A stretch of 63,790 bases of DNA, the filler included, from Basidiobolus ranarum (lineage: Eukaryota), in the NCBI GenBank assembly GCA_040143965.1. It is 14 parts of 14 records of this genome, joined end to end, with 100 filler letters (N's around TTAATTAATTAA, not from the genome) between each part and the next. Parts side by side here need not be neighbours in the genome. Positions count along the whole stretch, not along the records: positions 1 to 4,482 come from JASJQH010008823.1; positions 4,583 to 9,064 come from JASJQH010008824.1; positions 9,165 to 13,641 come from JASJQH010008825.1; 11 more parts are not named here. One strand, written 5' to 3'. Position 1 is the stretch's first letter. Every line of letters begins with the position of its first letter. The notes under the pieces are model-generated. The model was given only the letters and a program-made list of their open reading frames with translations. It was not told the DNA's origin and made no database searches. Position numbers and translations under genes: made by a program. Shown one piece after another: positions 1-10,889 of this stretch.

Positions 1-99
1 GCAGAATGCAAGCTAAGAATCTTGTGCTGGTTCTCTGATGGGTTGGCTAGTTCAAAGGGGGGAGCTGATCTGGATCAAATCAATTTTTATTTTTGTTAC

Positions 100-1050
100 G
101 GAAAAACAAACCCATATGATCCAAAATCAGCTTGTTTCAGGCTTGGAAAATGAAACTTCACTAAATTGTATCTGTGTGAAGGTTGCATATATGTAAAACA
201 TCACAGAGAGCCATTTTCATGCTCTGTAGAGATCAAATCTACTCAGAACCGTGCCCTAATTCATTCTGACCTATGTAGTCCCATGGAAATCATCACACTA
301 GGTGGGAAAAGGTACATCATGACTTTTATTGATGAAAAAACAAGATGTACTTAAAATCTGAAGCCTTATCTACATTCAAGCACTACAAAGCAATGGTAGA
401 GAAAGATTCAGCACAAAAAATAAGGGTATTTAGGAGTGACAATAGCAGTGAATATTGCTCCAAAGACTTTGCCAGTTTTATTCTAAACATGGAACTAACA
501 AACACACAAAGCAAGATTAGTTGCTAAAGGTTGTTCCCAGAATCCAGGAGTTGATTTTAATGAATCTTTTGCTCCAGTAGCTATGTTTACCTTCATTATA
601 TCAAATCTGGCACACTCAGCTGTCCATAACCTTCATTTACATCAAACGGAGGCAGAAACAGCCTTTCTGAATGAAAATCTAGAAGAAAAGATCTAAATGG
701 AGCAACCAGATGGATTTATTGACCCAAAACAACCCTGATATGGTCTGTAAACTGCAAAAATCACTACATGGACTCAAGCAATCAGCCAGGGCATGGTACA
801 ACAAGATAGATACCTATTTAGAATCACTAGAATTTCAAAAATGCATAGCCAATCACAGTATATACATCAAAACAACTGGAATCAGGATCCTTATCTTGGC
901 ACTATATGTGGATGACTTGAGCATAGCCACAAATGATCTTGAAGCATTAAATTAGACAAAAAGCAGCTTATCAAACCAATTCTGGATGACAAACAGTAGT
1001 GAATTAAGCTATTTTCTTGGAATTTAAGTCAAGAGATATTACCCTAATCC
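100..1050 (+). mobile_element. Degenerate Ty1/copia pol fragment (GAG-pre-integrase, integrase, RT)
   Basis: Broken ORFs with CEGC, LIHSDLCSPM, FRSDNSSEY, KLQKSLHGLKQSARAWY and LYVDDL motifs; many stops and frameshifts. Confidence 0.92.
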
Positions 1051-1379
1051 TCTTCAAATAAATGGCCATCACTATTGTGTTAACAAAGTTTGACTTCTAG
1101 TTGCACATCTTCAAAGTGTTCTGGACTTACTGGCTTGACCAAATTTGCACTTCTACCTGTATTGTTCTGATCATATAAATATAGTTACTCCATGCTATCT
1201 CTACTTTAAGCAGTGTTACTCAAACTTTTATAAAAGTGTTTAGGAGATTAGGAGATGTTATAGGCAAGATTTGGGTTGGTGAATGAGACAATTAAGAATT
1301 ATTCAATAATATATGTCCTGCTCATTGTTTGCCATGAATTAGGACTATTAGCAAGTGTAGATGATAACATATTTTGCAT

Positions 1380-2620
1380 GCTTCATTTGTCATTAATAGC
1401 CGTATTAGCCACATTGCTTCTTCTGTTGTAGCAGAGGCAATCAAATACTCTGCTTCTGAGCTGGATAGTGTTATGCTTGGTTGCTTCTTGCTACTTCAAT
1501 GTATGGGTCCATTACCATGAAAAAAAGAATCCTGTTGTTGCTCATCTATCATCAAGGTTTCTGCCCCAGCCTGCACCATTGTAATATTTGCAATCTGAAG
1601 CATCTGGAGTGACAGATTTTTCCAGAACCAGATATATAGTTCCCCTCAAATACCTGAACATGTATCTTACTACTCTTAGGTCCTCAGATGCTGGTTCTTT
1701 GAGATAGTACTACTACTTTGCACTGTGGCCAGAAGGTCTGGACATGCTGAACACATGAAATATTTTAAACTACCTCCCATTGATTGATAAGGGAGCTCAT
1801 GGCATTGATTTGAATCTGGTTAGTCCAAATTTGATGAAAACTCATTAATGTCACATTGGGATCAATTTGTGCTGATACAGGCTTGATATTCTCAAAGTTG
1901 AACTATTTCAAAATAGCTAGAATGTGTTGTGACTGATTCAGTGTGATTCTCTGCTTGGATATATCTCTTTTAACTTGAAGTCCATGATAATAATGTAAGT
2001 GGTCATGTTGAGCATCAGAAATTGGGTCAATAATCTAATTTTTGTCTGGTTGATTGCTTCCAGATCATTTGTGGCTAAGATCAGATCTTGCACATATAGG
2101 ACTAGGAAAAGGTTCCTTATTATAGTTGTTTGTTGTAAGCGTTCTAAACTGCGGTAGAGTCCTACTCTCACTGGATTTTGAATGTGTAACAATCTTTTTG
2201 TACTTCAACCTGGGTGTTTGTTCCAGCACATATAGCAGTCTTGCAGTGTACAGGACATATTGGAGTTTCTTGGTTCAACAAATACTGTTAGTAACTCAGA
2301 GATCTTTTCTACCATTTTTCCATTCAGAAAAGTCTGTTACATCCATTTGATGCAAACCTAGGTTATGAATAGCTGAGGGTACCAGGATTGATCTAATGAA
2401 CCTGAGCTGGCTATTAAATTAAAATCAAATGAATAAAAACTTTTACCTTTAGCAACTGATTCTGCTTTGTAGCATTCAATGGTTTATCAACCACATTGTC
2501 TTCTTATGGCCCATTTACAACCAATGGGCTTTTTCCAGATAGTACAAGACTTAAAACCCAGGTTTTGTTGTCCTGGAGTGAACAGAATTCAGTTGAAAGT
2601 GATATTTCCCATATTTTTGC
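1380..2620 (-). mobile_element. Degenerate Ty1/copia RT/RNase H fragment
   Basis: Minus-strand remnants LVLYVQDLILATNDL, KKQPSITLSSSEAEY and degenerate YKA.SVAKG. Confidence 0.85.
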
Positions 2621-2928
2621 TCTTGAACTTGATCCACAGTCTGTAGCTTATCCCAGAATGATCCATAACCACCAATGTCATGATTTGAAGTGTTCCAGCA
2701 GTTTGCAATCTACTTTTGGTCAATTTCTTTGGTCCTGAATAATCCTCTGATATAATAGGGCTAAACTTTTGATAGAATTGGGCACAAAAAGAGTGGTGAG
2801 TTCAACAGACATTTTTAAGTAGTGTTGATTGTTTTATCTGGTTTAGCAACTGCTTTGAGGTAAATGTTTGCTTCTCCATCAAAAGTGATATCTCCAAACT
2901 TAATGAATATCTGATTCTTGGTAGCAAA

Positions 2929-3258
2929 TGATAAACTATTTTAGGGGATTTGGAACTGTTCTAGACAAGACTTAGATTTTATTGAATTGAATATGTCCTA
3001 TTTGCAGTTTTCTACAAAACAGGACTATTAGATGTGCTTAGACAATAACTAACATGCCTGTTAAGCATTGGGGAAAATTTGAGGTGATTTGGAGAAGATT
3101 TGAGATAATAGTGAAAATTGATAAAAGTGATCTAACTGATATATCTTTCAATCAGAGCAGTAAACACACATTCTAAATGGCTGAATGGAGTGCTAAATAA
3201 TCAGAATATGTATAAACTAACTACTAAATAATGAGTTGCTGTTTACCCAATTTCAACA
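2929..3258 (-). mobile_element. Copia LTR, family B (3' LTR of a minus-strand element)
   Basis: Homologous (inverted) to 62049-62400; TG..CA ends; polypurine tract GGTTGAGTGGGAA adjacent at 3259-3271 on the minus strand. Confidence 0.8.
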
Positions 3259-3369
3259 TTCCCACTCAACCAATTATTTTGTATTTCTCTTAATCATAAC
3301 TTATATATTAATGATTCAAATTGAGCTTTAGCTAAAGGTTTAGTTAAGATATCAGTAATAATTTGTTAA

Positions 3370-4482
3370 TTCTAAATCCATATCTTGTCCTCAACACTTC
3401 AAAACCATCTAAATACTTTCATCAGATTATGAGCCCCAAGCTAGCTGCTGAAGGAATTTCTACAAGTACTATTACCTACATTCTTGCATCCACAGAGAAG
3501 TTTGATGGTTAAGACTTTCACCTTTGGAAGTTCAAGATGGAAATGGTGTTGCAAGACAAAGACCTCTGAGGATTGGTTACAGGAGATATAATAGAGTCAA
3601 AGGGACTACCCAATGCTATCCTTGCCTTTAACAAGCAGCAGAGGAAAGCACTTTCTACACTTTGTCTACATCCCAGAGACTCTCAATTGAAGGTCATACA
3701 CTGAACCAAAAATGTCCAAACTGCCTGGGAAACACTTGAGGGACTATATGAGAATAAAAGTCTGGCAAATTGGCAATTTCTTGGGTACAAATTATCATCA
3801 ATTCAGAAGAATTCTGCAGATTGTATGTGTAATCATATAAATTGGATGCAAACTATTGCAGATCAGCTCTCATCCATTGGAACACCTCTTAATAAAGATG
3901 CCTTAGTCATTACACTACTTGGCACTTGCCAGACAAGTTTGGGAGCCACATAATTACCCTAGAATCAAGATTGGAGCCAGTAACAATGGAATATATTGAT
4001 GCTAAGCTTTTGAATGAGGAGTTAAGGAGATCTAATTCTCAGCAAAATAATGCAGAACAGGCATTTTTAGCGCTGTAAAATGTCCAACAGGCTTCAATAA
4101 TGGTGCCCCTGATAGGAAATCCATCATCTGCACATATTGCAAGAAACCCGGTCATTTGATTAAAGATTTTTGCCAACAAGCAAAAATTGGAACAAGCAAA
4201 TCAAGTAGGCACTAATAGGGAGCATCTATTTGTGTCTGCCCTGTCAGTAACCACTAAAGAAGACTCAGAAATGTGATACATTGATTCAAGGGCTTTGCAG
4301 CACATGTCAAACTAGAAAATTTGTTTTCTAGCTTAAAACCAGTCCAAACAAGAAAAGTTTACTTAGGTGAGGACTATGTGCTAAATGCAGTTGGTAAGGG
4401 CACAGTTGGGCTCTACTTTGACCAAAATTCAGCTACACCATCTGCAAAATTGGATGATGTACCCAATGTACCAAATATAGCC
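3370..4482 (+). mobile_element. Copia 5' region: LTR-B end, PBS, degenerate gag (UBN2-type, zinc knuckle) and protease
   Basis: PBS-like GATTATGAGCCC at 3425-3436; EKFDG*DFHLWKFKM gag motif; CTYCKKPGH knuckle; IDSRALQHM degenerate protease site. Confidence 0.9.
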
Positions 4483-4582
4483 NNNNNNNNNNNNNNNNNN
4501 NNNNNNNNNNNNNNNNNNNNNNNNNNTTAATTAATTAANNNNNNNNNNNNNNNNNNNNNNNNNNNNNNNNNNNNNNNNNNNN
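4483..4582. other. Artificial contig linker N44-TTAATTAATTAA-N44 (first of 13)
   Basis: Identical 100-nt spacer with stops in all six frames, also at 9065-9164, 13642-13741, 18215-18314, 22787-22886, 27356-27455, 31921-32020, 36481-36580, 41039-41138, 45597-45696, 50153-50252, 54702-54801, 59249-59348; intervening contigs decrease in length from 4482 to 4442 nt. Confidence 0.99.
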
Positions 4583-5430
4583 ATGACGAACTGCAGTGGT
4601 GATATAGTCACGGACAGGTTGACCAGAGTGAATCATGAAACCATCGGAGAACTTCATAGCCTTAGCACGAGCAGCACGAAGTTTACCAGAAATAACAACT
4701 TCACATCCTTTGGCTCCTGACTCCATAGCAAAACGAAGAACAGAATAAGCGGCGCGACGGACGGCGAGGCCAGCAATCAACTTAACTCGAACAGATTCAC
4801 ATTGGGCAATGGCACAGAGACCACGGTTAGCGACTCTCTCGGCATAGAGTTCAACAGTATTTTCGGGAAAGTTAAAACGCTTCTGGACAACAGAAGTCAA
4901 TTCACGAATGCGACGACCCTTCTCACCAAGAACATCTTGAGTGCGGGTAGCACGGATGATAATCTCAGTACGAGCAGGGGTGACACGGACTTCAACACCG
5001 GCGTAACCCTCTTCGGCAAGTTCACGAGTAAAAAACTCGTTTAATTCGGCATAGAAAACACCATCAGCAACAAACTTGATGAAAAGAAACAATAAGAATG
5101 AAATCCAGTAAATTTGATGATCATATAACATCAGATTTGACAATCAATCTTGAAGGACAGATGTTCAAGCAAGAGGTGGATGTGTTTTAGTCATTATATT
5201 TGCAACCGAGGTGTTCATCGTCAATATGTCTATTCGTAAGCTTTAATGTGGTTTGAAAAATATGACAGATGGATGGATAGGAACCCGAAAAAGATTACTC
5301 GGAAAGTTGAATGTCATACTGACGATTTCCCCAGTTATAATGATGACAACCGATGAAGATTCAATCTAGTAAATCAAAACAACAGAGAAGGTTTACATAC
5401 CTTTCTCTTCTTGGAGATTTGAGCAGCCAT
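4583..5430 (-). CDS. RPS3: 40S ribosomal protein S3 (uS3), 3' end truncated by contig break
   Basis: Exon 1 5430-5401 ([10 protein letters not shown]), GT..AG intron 5400-5075, exon 2 from 5074: [33 protein letters not shown]...[19 protein letters not shown]. Confidence 0.98.
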
Positions 5431-6132
5431 GTTTGAAGTAGAGAAAGAGGACCACCACCAGCCAATTCCAAAATATACCTGGCCCGAATTGGAAGGGTTC
5501 TAAAATGCATGATTTTTTTCATTTTTTTCGTTCCCTTTTCCGACATGACTCATACAATATTACAGTCTTATCCAAAACTAAGATGAAGCAGTCATTCATA
5601 TGGGCGTCATCTTCATTTACTGTTATCTGACTTGGCTGATTACTTGGGGGTGAGAAACCCATCAGATGGCAGTCGTAGCTCTCCATACATACATACCTGC
5701 CTGATTCAAGTAAAGTCGCTTAGGAGATGTTCGCTATTTGGACGGTTATCATCCTCACCATGTAAGTGGCTAGTTTGAATTTGTCAAATACTCGTGAGTT
5801 TAAAGAGCTTACTGCTTCGTGTGGAGATAAGACACCGTCACCCATTATAAAGTAACAAAATAAGGATCGTCCATTTCATGCAACTTGATATTTTCTTTTG
5901 CCATATAAATATATATATATATAAATCAACCAATAAATGGTGATTTGAAACTATCACGTGGATGATTCAAGTATTCTCTTAGTGAGTGAACGTAAACAAT
6001 CAGTGACACTAAGTATATTAGCACAACAACTCAGTTTCAAGTTAACTTGGACGGATAGAGTTTGCAGTGTACGCTCAAAGCTATTATAATAAGAGTAAAG
6101 GTAACCAACATATATAAATAGCTCCAAGAACT

Positions 6133-8446
6133 ATGAACATAGAAGAGAACGAAGAGCTCTACCCTATCGCTGTTTTGAAGGACGAGTTGAAACACAAAGA
6201 GGTCAGCTTGCGCTTAAACGCTATTAAAAATATTTCCTCTATTGCCATCGCATTGGGTCCAGAAAGAACCAGAGACGAGCTGATTCCTTTTTTGAATGGT
6301 ACATGTTTGTTACTTTTCAAATAACTGTGACTTGGTTTTGGTTCATTTAAATTCACTCGTATATTTGGGTACGATATTAATTGTACGATTCGTTTCTAAA
6401 TATACATAGAGTCTCTATATGATAAGGATGAGATATTATTGATTTTGGCAGAACAACTGGGAGATTTCGTTGAGTATGTTGGAGGGCCAGCATATGTACA
6501 TATTGTTTTAAGTTCTCTTGAAAGATTGGCGGCTGTCGAGGAGGCATCAGTTCGTAATAAAGTATATATCCACTTTTTGTTTAAACTTGAATGTTTATAA
6601 TTGAGTTCTAATTAATATATATCATGAACTTAAATATATTAGGCTGTTGAATCTTTGTCTACTATATGCGAATCTTTGGAAGAAAAGCAGTTGGATATGT
6701 ATTACTTTCCTCTCCTTCGAAAGCTATCTACTGAGAATCGGTTCACTAGTCGTACTAGTGCTGCTGGTCTTTGTGCCTCTGCCTATTCTTTAGCTACTCC
6801 TACTGTGCAAGATGAACTAAGAACTCTTTTCGCTCAGCTCTGTCACGATGATACTCCGATGGTTCGTAGGGCTGCTGCTTCCAATCTTACCAAGTTAACA
6901 AAGAAGCTCCAGAAATATCATGTTACTAGCGAAATTATACCATTATTTAATGCGCTGGCTCAAGATAAGCAGGTACCTTGTAATCATAGTATCATAACAT
7001 TGTAGACTCTGTTACTAAATTATATATAATATCATTATTCACGTTTAGGATTCTGTAAGAGTTCTTACTGTTGAAAGCCTTGTTGCTATAGCCGAAATTC
7101 TTACCGAAGAAGAGATAAAAGAAAAACTCCTTGAAAGTATTCGTTCTCTTGGCTCTGACATATCATGGAGAGTTAGATATACGGTAGCCGAGAATTTCAT
7201 CCTACTCAGTAAAGCTGTTGGAGAACACATTGTTAACCAAGAGCTTATCGGTTTCTATATCAGCTTATTGCAATACTATGAAGAAGAGGTTCGAAGCACA
7301 GCCGCTTCTCAAATCTCTGGTAAAATTAATCTTATAGGGCAATTGGAATTCAAGTTTTTTTACTCATGTACATGACCTCTTCTACATAAGACTTCGGTGA
7401 GATTATTGGTAAGGATGTCCTTGAGCATCTTCTCCCTCACCTTAAAGAATTGGTCTCAGATCAATCACAGCAAGTTAGAGCTTCCGTTGCTTCTCACATC
7501 AGTGGGTTGGCTCCTATTCTTAGCAAAGAAGAGTAAGCTCTGAGATATGTTGAGGTGTATATACTCATTTCTAATGAGTAAATCTATTATCACTTTCCAG
7601 GATTATTGAGGAACTTTTTCCTCTGATTCTTGTTCTTCTCAGAGATGAATTTCCAGATGTTAGGTTAAATGTCATCTCTAAATTGGAGCAGGTTAATAAG
7701 AGTAAGTGGTTTCCTTCGTCAAATATATTGGTTTTCTTTTCGTAACTCTTAATAATCATTTGCTATCCTTATTTCCTTTATATATAGTTATCGGAATCGA
7801 ATTGGTCTCGCAATCCTTATTACCCGCCATTATTAACTAGGCTGAGAATAGACAATGGCGTGTGCGGTTAGCCATTATCGAATATATTCCTTTGTTGGCT
7901 AAGCAGCTTGGAGTTGAATTTTTCGATGAAAAACTTGGAAGTCAGTGCATGTCATGGTTGAATGATAGTGTTTACTCTATTCGCACAGCCGCCACTATTA
8001 ATCTGCAGAAACTGACAGAAGTTTTTGGCGCTGAGTGGGCGAAGCAAACCATTCTCCCTGAAGTCTTAGCCATGGCGGCTCATCCCAACTACTTGTACAG
8101 AATGACGACCATCTCGGCTCTCACGGTAAGTTATTTTGAATTACCAATTTAGAGAATGAAAAACCTCTAAAATGCTCAGCTTCACTAGACCATGGCATCA
8201 GCTGTTACTCCACAAATGATCAAGGAATCTATCTTACCAACTATCGTAGGTCTTATCTCGGACCCCGTTCCTAATATTCGATTCAGCGTTGCCAAATCCT
8301 TAGAAACGTTGTTTCCATTGCTGAAAGCATCTCCCGAGACGACAACTATTGCTGACGATGAAGTTAAGCCGGCTTTACTTCAACTGAGTGAAGATTCAGA
8401 TGTTGATGTTAAGTTCTTTGCTGAACGTGCTTTGATGGCTAGCTGA
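6133..8446 (+). CDS. TPD3: Protein phosphatase 2A scaffold (A/PR65) subunit, HEAT repeats; divergent copy with in-frame TAG at 7838-7840 (possible pseudogene)
   Basis: Eight GT-AG exons giving [91 protein letters not shown]. Confidence 0.95.
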
Positions 8447-8928
8447 TTCACATAAATATTTTCATTCTTAAGTTTCGCCACATTTCTTTGCCTTTCATGT
8501 TAACTTTATCCAAGACATATCTTGTTCAAAGATCTAAAATTAGATTGATTTTTTTCAATAACCGCGTCTTATCCAGAAGCTTTATGTCCACTTTCTGTTT
8601 ATTGTTTAATGGTTATTGGTACATTGAGCAAGTAACTAGTATAATTTATAATTTTCATGATTCGCCTGACTTGTAGAGAACACATCGATTTAAGCTACTC
8701 CCGATTAATGCTGAGTCATATTTTAATATGTTGCAGTGGTTTTCATATGCTCAATAATCCTTACAAACCATGAATTGTATTTTGTAACTGCTGTTTCAGA
8801 AATCACCAAAATGTTATAACTATCTATAAAAACTTTATTGACAAAATTAAGAACATGAAGAGATCAATCTGATTAGATGATCAGTTATAATATTCGTGGC
8901 AAAGTGATTGGATGAAACGTCATAATGC

Positions 8929-9064
8929 CTAGTCAATGTTGATGCCTTTGATAGCCATCATAGCAGTTAAAGCAGCGCCAACTCCACTGCCATCCTTTGC
9001 CAATACCAGTTGAACCTTCTTTACATCTTCAGGATTAAGAAGTTGCTCCAACACCTTCTCCACT
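8929..9064 (-). CDS. Hexokinase/glucokinase C-terminus (partial)
   Basis: Translates VEKVLEQLLNPEDVKKVQLVLAKDGSGVGAALTAMMAIKGINID*; AKDGSGVGAAL is the conserved hexokinase C-terminal motif. Confidence 0.9.
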
Positions 9065-9164
9065 NNNNNNNNNNNNNNNNNNNNNNNNNNNNNNNNNNNN
9101 NNNNNNNNTTAATTAATTAANNNNNNNNNNNNNNNNNNNNNNNNNNNNNNNNNNNNNNNNNNNN

Positions 9165-9274
9165 CAAATACTCCAGATCTCCATACATTAGTTAAGAAAC
9201 TACAAAAGTAGTTATGGCTTCTTTGTTTTGTTTGAAATAAAGATTTCACCTTTTGGTGACTGTCTCCCCCCCCC
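9165..9274 (-). repeat. End of an unclassified interspersed repeat (G-run followed by AGACAGTCACC)
   Basis: Reverse-complement homology to 29971-30072 on another contig. Confidence 0.7.
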
Positions 9275-9452
9275 TAACCCTAAGTAAATCAAAACAAGAT
9301 TAAATTCCTGTGCAACAATACAAAACATTATTTAGATGACACTTGGCAGTCAACAATTCAAATAATTCATTTAGAGAGGAGCATATAGATATATATAACA
9401 TATGTATCCCAACAATCCAAATTATTCTTCTCACCTAATATCTCCATTTGCT

Positions 9453-9824
9453 ATGCTTTATTCTCTTGGATGGATTTTCTTTCTTCTTGCTTTGACTGCG
9501 ATTTCAGCCATTAATATTTACACTCCAGAGTGTGTAACGTGCAAGAATGATATGCCCTCAGTTTGCTTTGATTTATCCAAAGAATCGCTTAACTATACTG
9601 AGAACATTAAGCTATACTCATGTCATCCGGGGTACTTTGCCCACCCCGATGATTGCAATAAGTGTCTTGGTACCGATAAGTCGATTTCGGAACTGCAAAT
9701 CCAGTTGGCACTTAAAGCGTGCCAGTTGATAAGAAAGGACTCCGAATTACTAGACAAAGTAATAATCCCATCCGCAACCACCATCACTGCTACTTCTTCG
9801 CCAACCATATCTTTCAATTTGTAA
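9453..9824 (+). CDS. Small secreted cysteine-rich protein with Ser/Thr-rich tail (unknown family)
   Basis: Hydrophobic signal peptide MLYSLGWIFFLLALTAISA, CxxC pairs (CVTC, CNKC), S/T-rich end; a possible extra 3' exon after 9884 is unresolved. Confidence 0.6.
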   Translation: MLYSLGWIFFLLALTAISAINIYTPECVTCKNDMPSVCFDLSKESLNYTENIKLYSCHPGYFAHPDDCNKCLGTDKSISELQIQLALKACQLIRKDSELLDKVIIPSATTITATSSPTISFNL

Positions 9825-10570
9825 TTTAACAAATGTTATTGAAAATGAACCTTTTTCACTAATTTTTATAAATTTCATATGCAGGAAAATTTCCACCAGT
9901 GATGGTCAATGTGTCATGTAACACCCGCTAATGCCTCTAAGGAAACACAGCCATGTAAAATATATTCCATAGTACTACTCCCTATCATTTGTGTTTCCAA
10001 TGCTGTCATTGGTATGACGAAGCTTTGCAAGGAAGATTTTTGTGGGTGAATAACAAATATAGCTAACATTTCCAAGTAACAATACCTGGTTAAACACGTG
10101 GGCATTATTTATACTTCACATACCATAGTCACGAAGTAATTTACGCAAATTACTTTAATTATGTGCTAGCTAATAACGGCAGTTTTATTGTGTTATGCTG
10201 GAACAATACTGTAAATTGAGTTAGAAAAGTTTATTCACGAATTCTTTTCAAATTACCGAAAAATGTTAATGCAAACCAATTAAAAATGAATCAGTACCAA
10301 GCCTATAGAACAATTTTTTAGTAGAAAACTCGTGTTCGGGTAATCCTAACCCTAAGTTGGTGAGAAATGAAGAGCTGGTCATTCACCACAGTAATAGTGT
10401 TCATACTTATGCGTATCTATTTGGCTTAGTTACGTGAATATGTTATAACCTTAGCAGTTAGTACGATTTCTATTTCAAATATTTCTATTTCAAATATATT
10501 GGTGAATATATTGATTTCGTAGATTCCGTTCGAATCCGCTTTTAAAGCAAAAAAAATTGTCAGTGCCATT

Positions 10571-10720
10571 AAAAAAAACTGCGGAAACTCGTAGCATAAT
10601 TCCCAATCATCCGGGATCGAGGATGACGGATCCGTGATAGAAGTAGCAGATCCCATGAATCCAGAACATGACAGATCATTGTCCCACCCGAATAATAGCA
10701 TGGTAACAAACAAGCCTAGA
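10571..10720 (-). ncRNA. Candidate structured non-coding RNA (unassigned)
   Basis: Five abutting hairpins 10583-10683 followed on the minus strand by T8 (10578-10571); B-box-like GTTCGAATCC at 10528-10537; no family recognised. Confidence 0.3.
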
Positions 10721-10889
10721 TAAGATATGTGACTGTTTAGATTCAGCCATTCTTGCCGCGCGGAAGTTCGGGCAAATCAACATACAAATACAAGTGGCTT
10801 TAATAGGCTCGAGGTCCATTGGAGAAAGAAACATAAAAGCTTCTAAAAAAGCTCAATCCTCAATATTCAATACTCCATACTCATTACTC

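Noticed and set aside
4527..4538. Regularly spaced TTAATTAATTAA palindromes about every 4.56 kb, resembling a periodic array
   Set aside because: Always embedded in N44 runs; a synthetic six-frame-stop linker
4802..5044. 80-aa ORF antisense to RPS3
   Set aside because: Shadow of the RPS3 coding strand
5075..5143. N-terminal extension [10 protein letters not shown].. of the RPS3 ORF
   Set aside because: Intron sequence; the true exon 1 is 5430-5401
7838..7840. Genome-wide stop-codon reassignment (TAG or TGA read as sense)
   Set aside because: TAG terminates NIC96, the GNAT and the hexokinase, and TGA terminates the PP2A gene; other internal stops occur in frameshifted pseudogenes and TEs
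10426..10713. 95-aa minus-strand ORF over the hairpin cluster
   Set aside because: Non-ATG start, runs through T8 tracts and a 15-nt duplication, no protein motif
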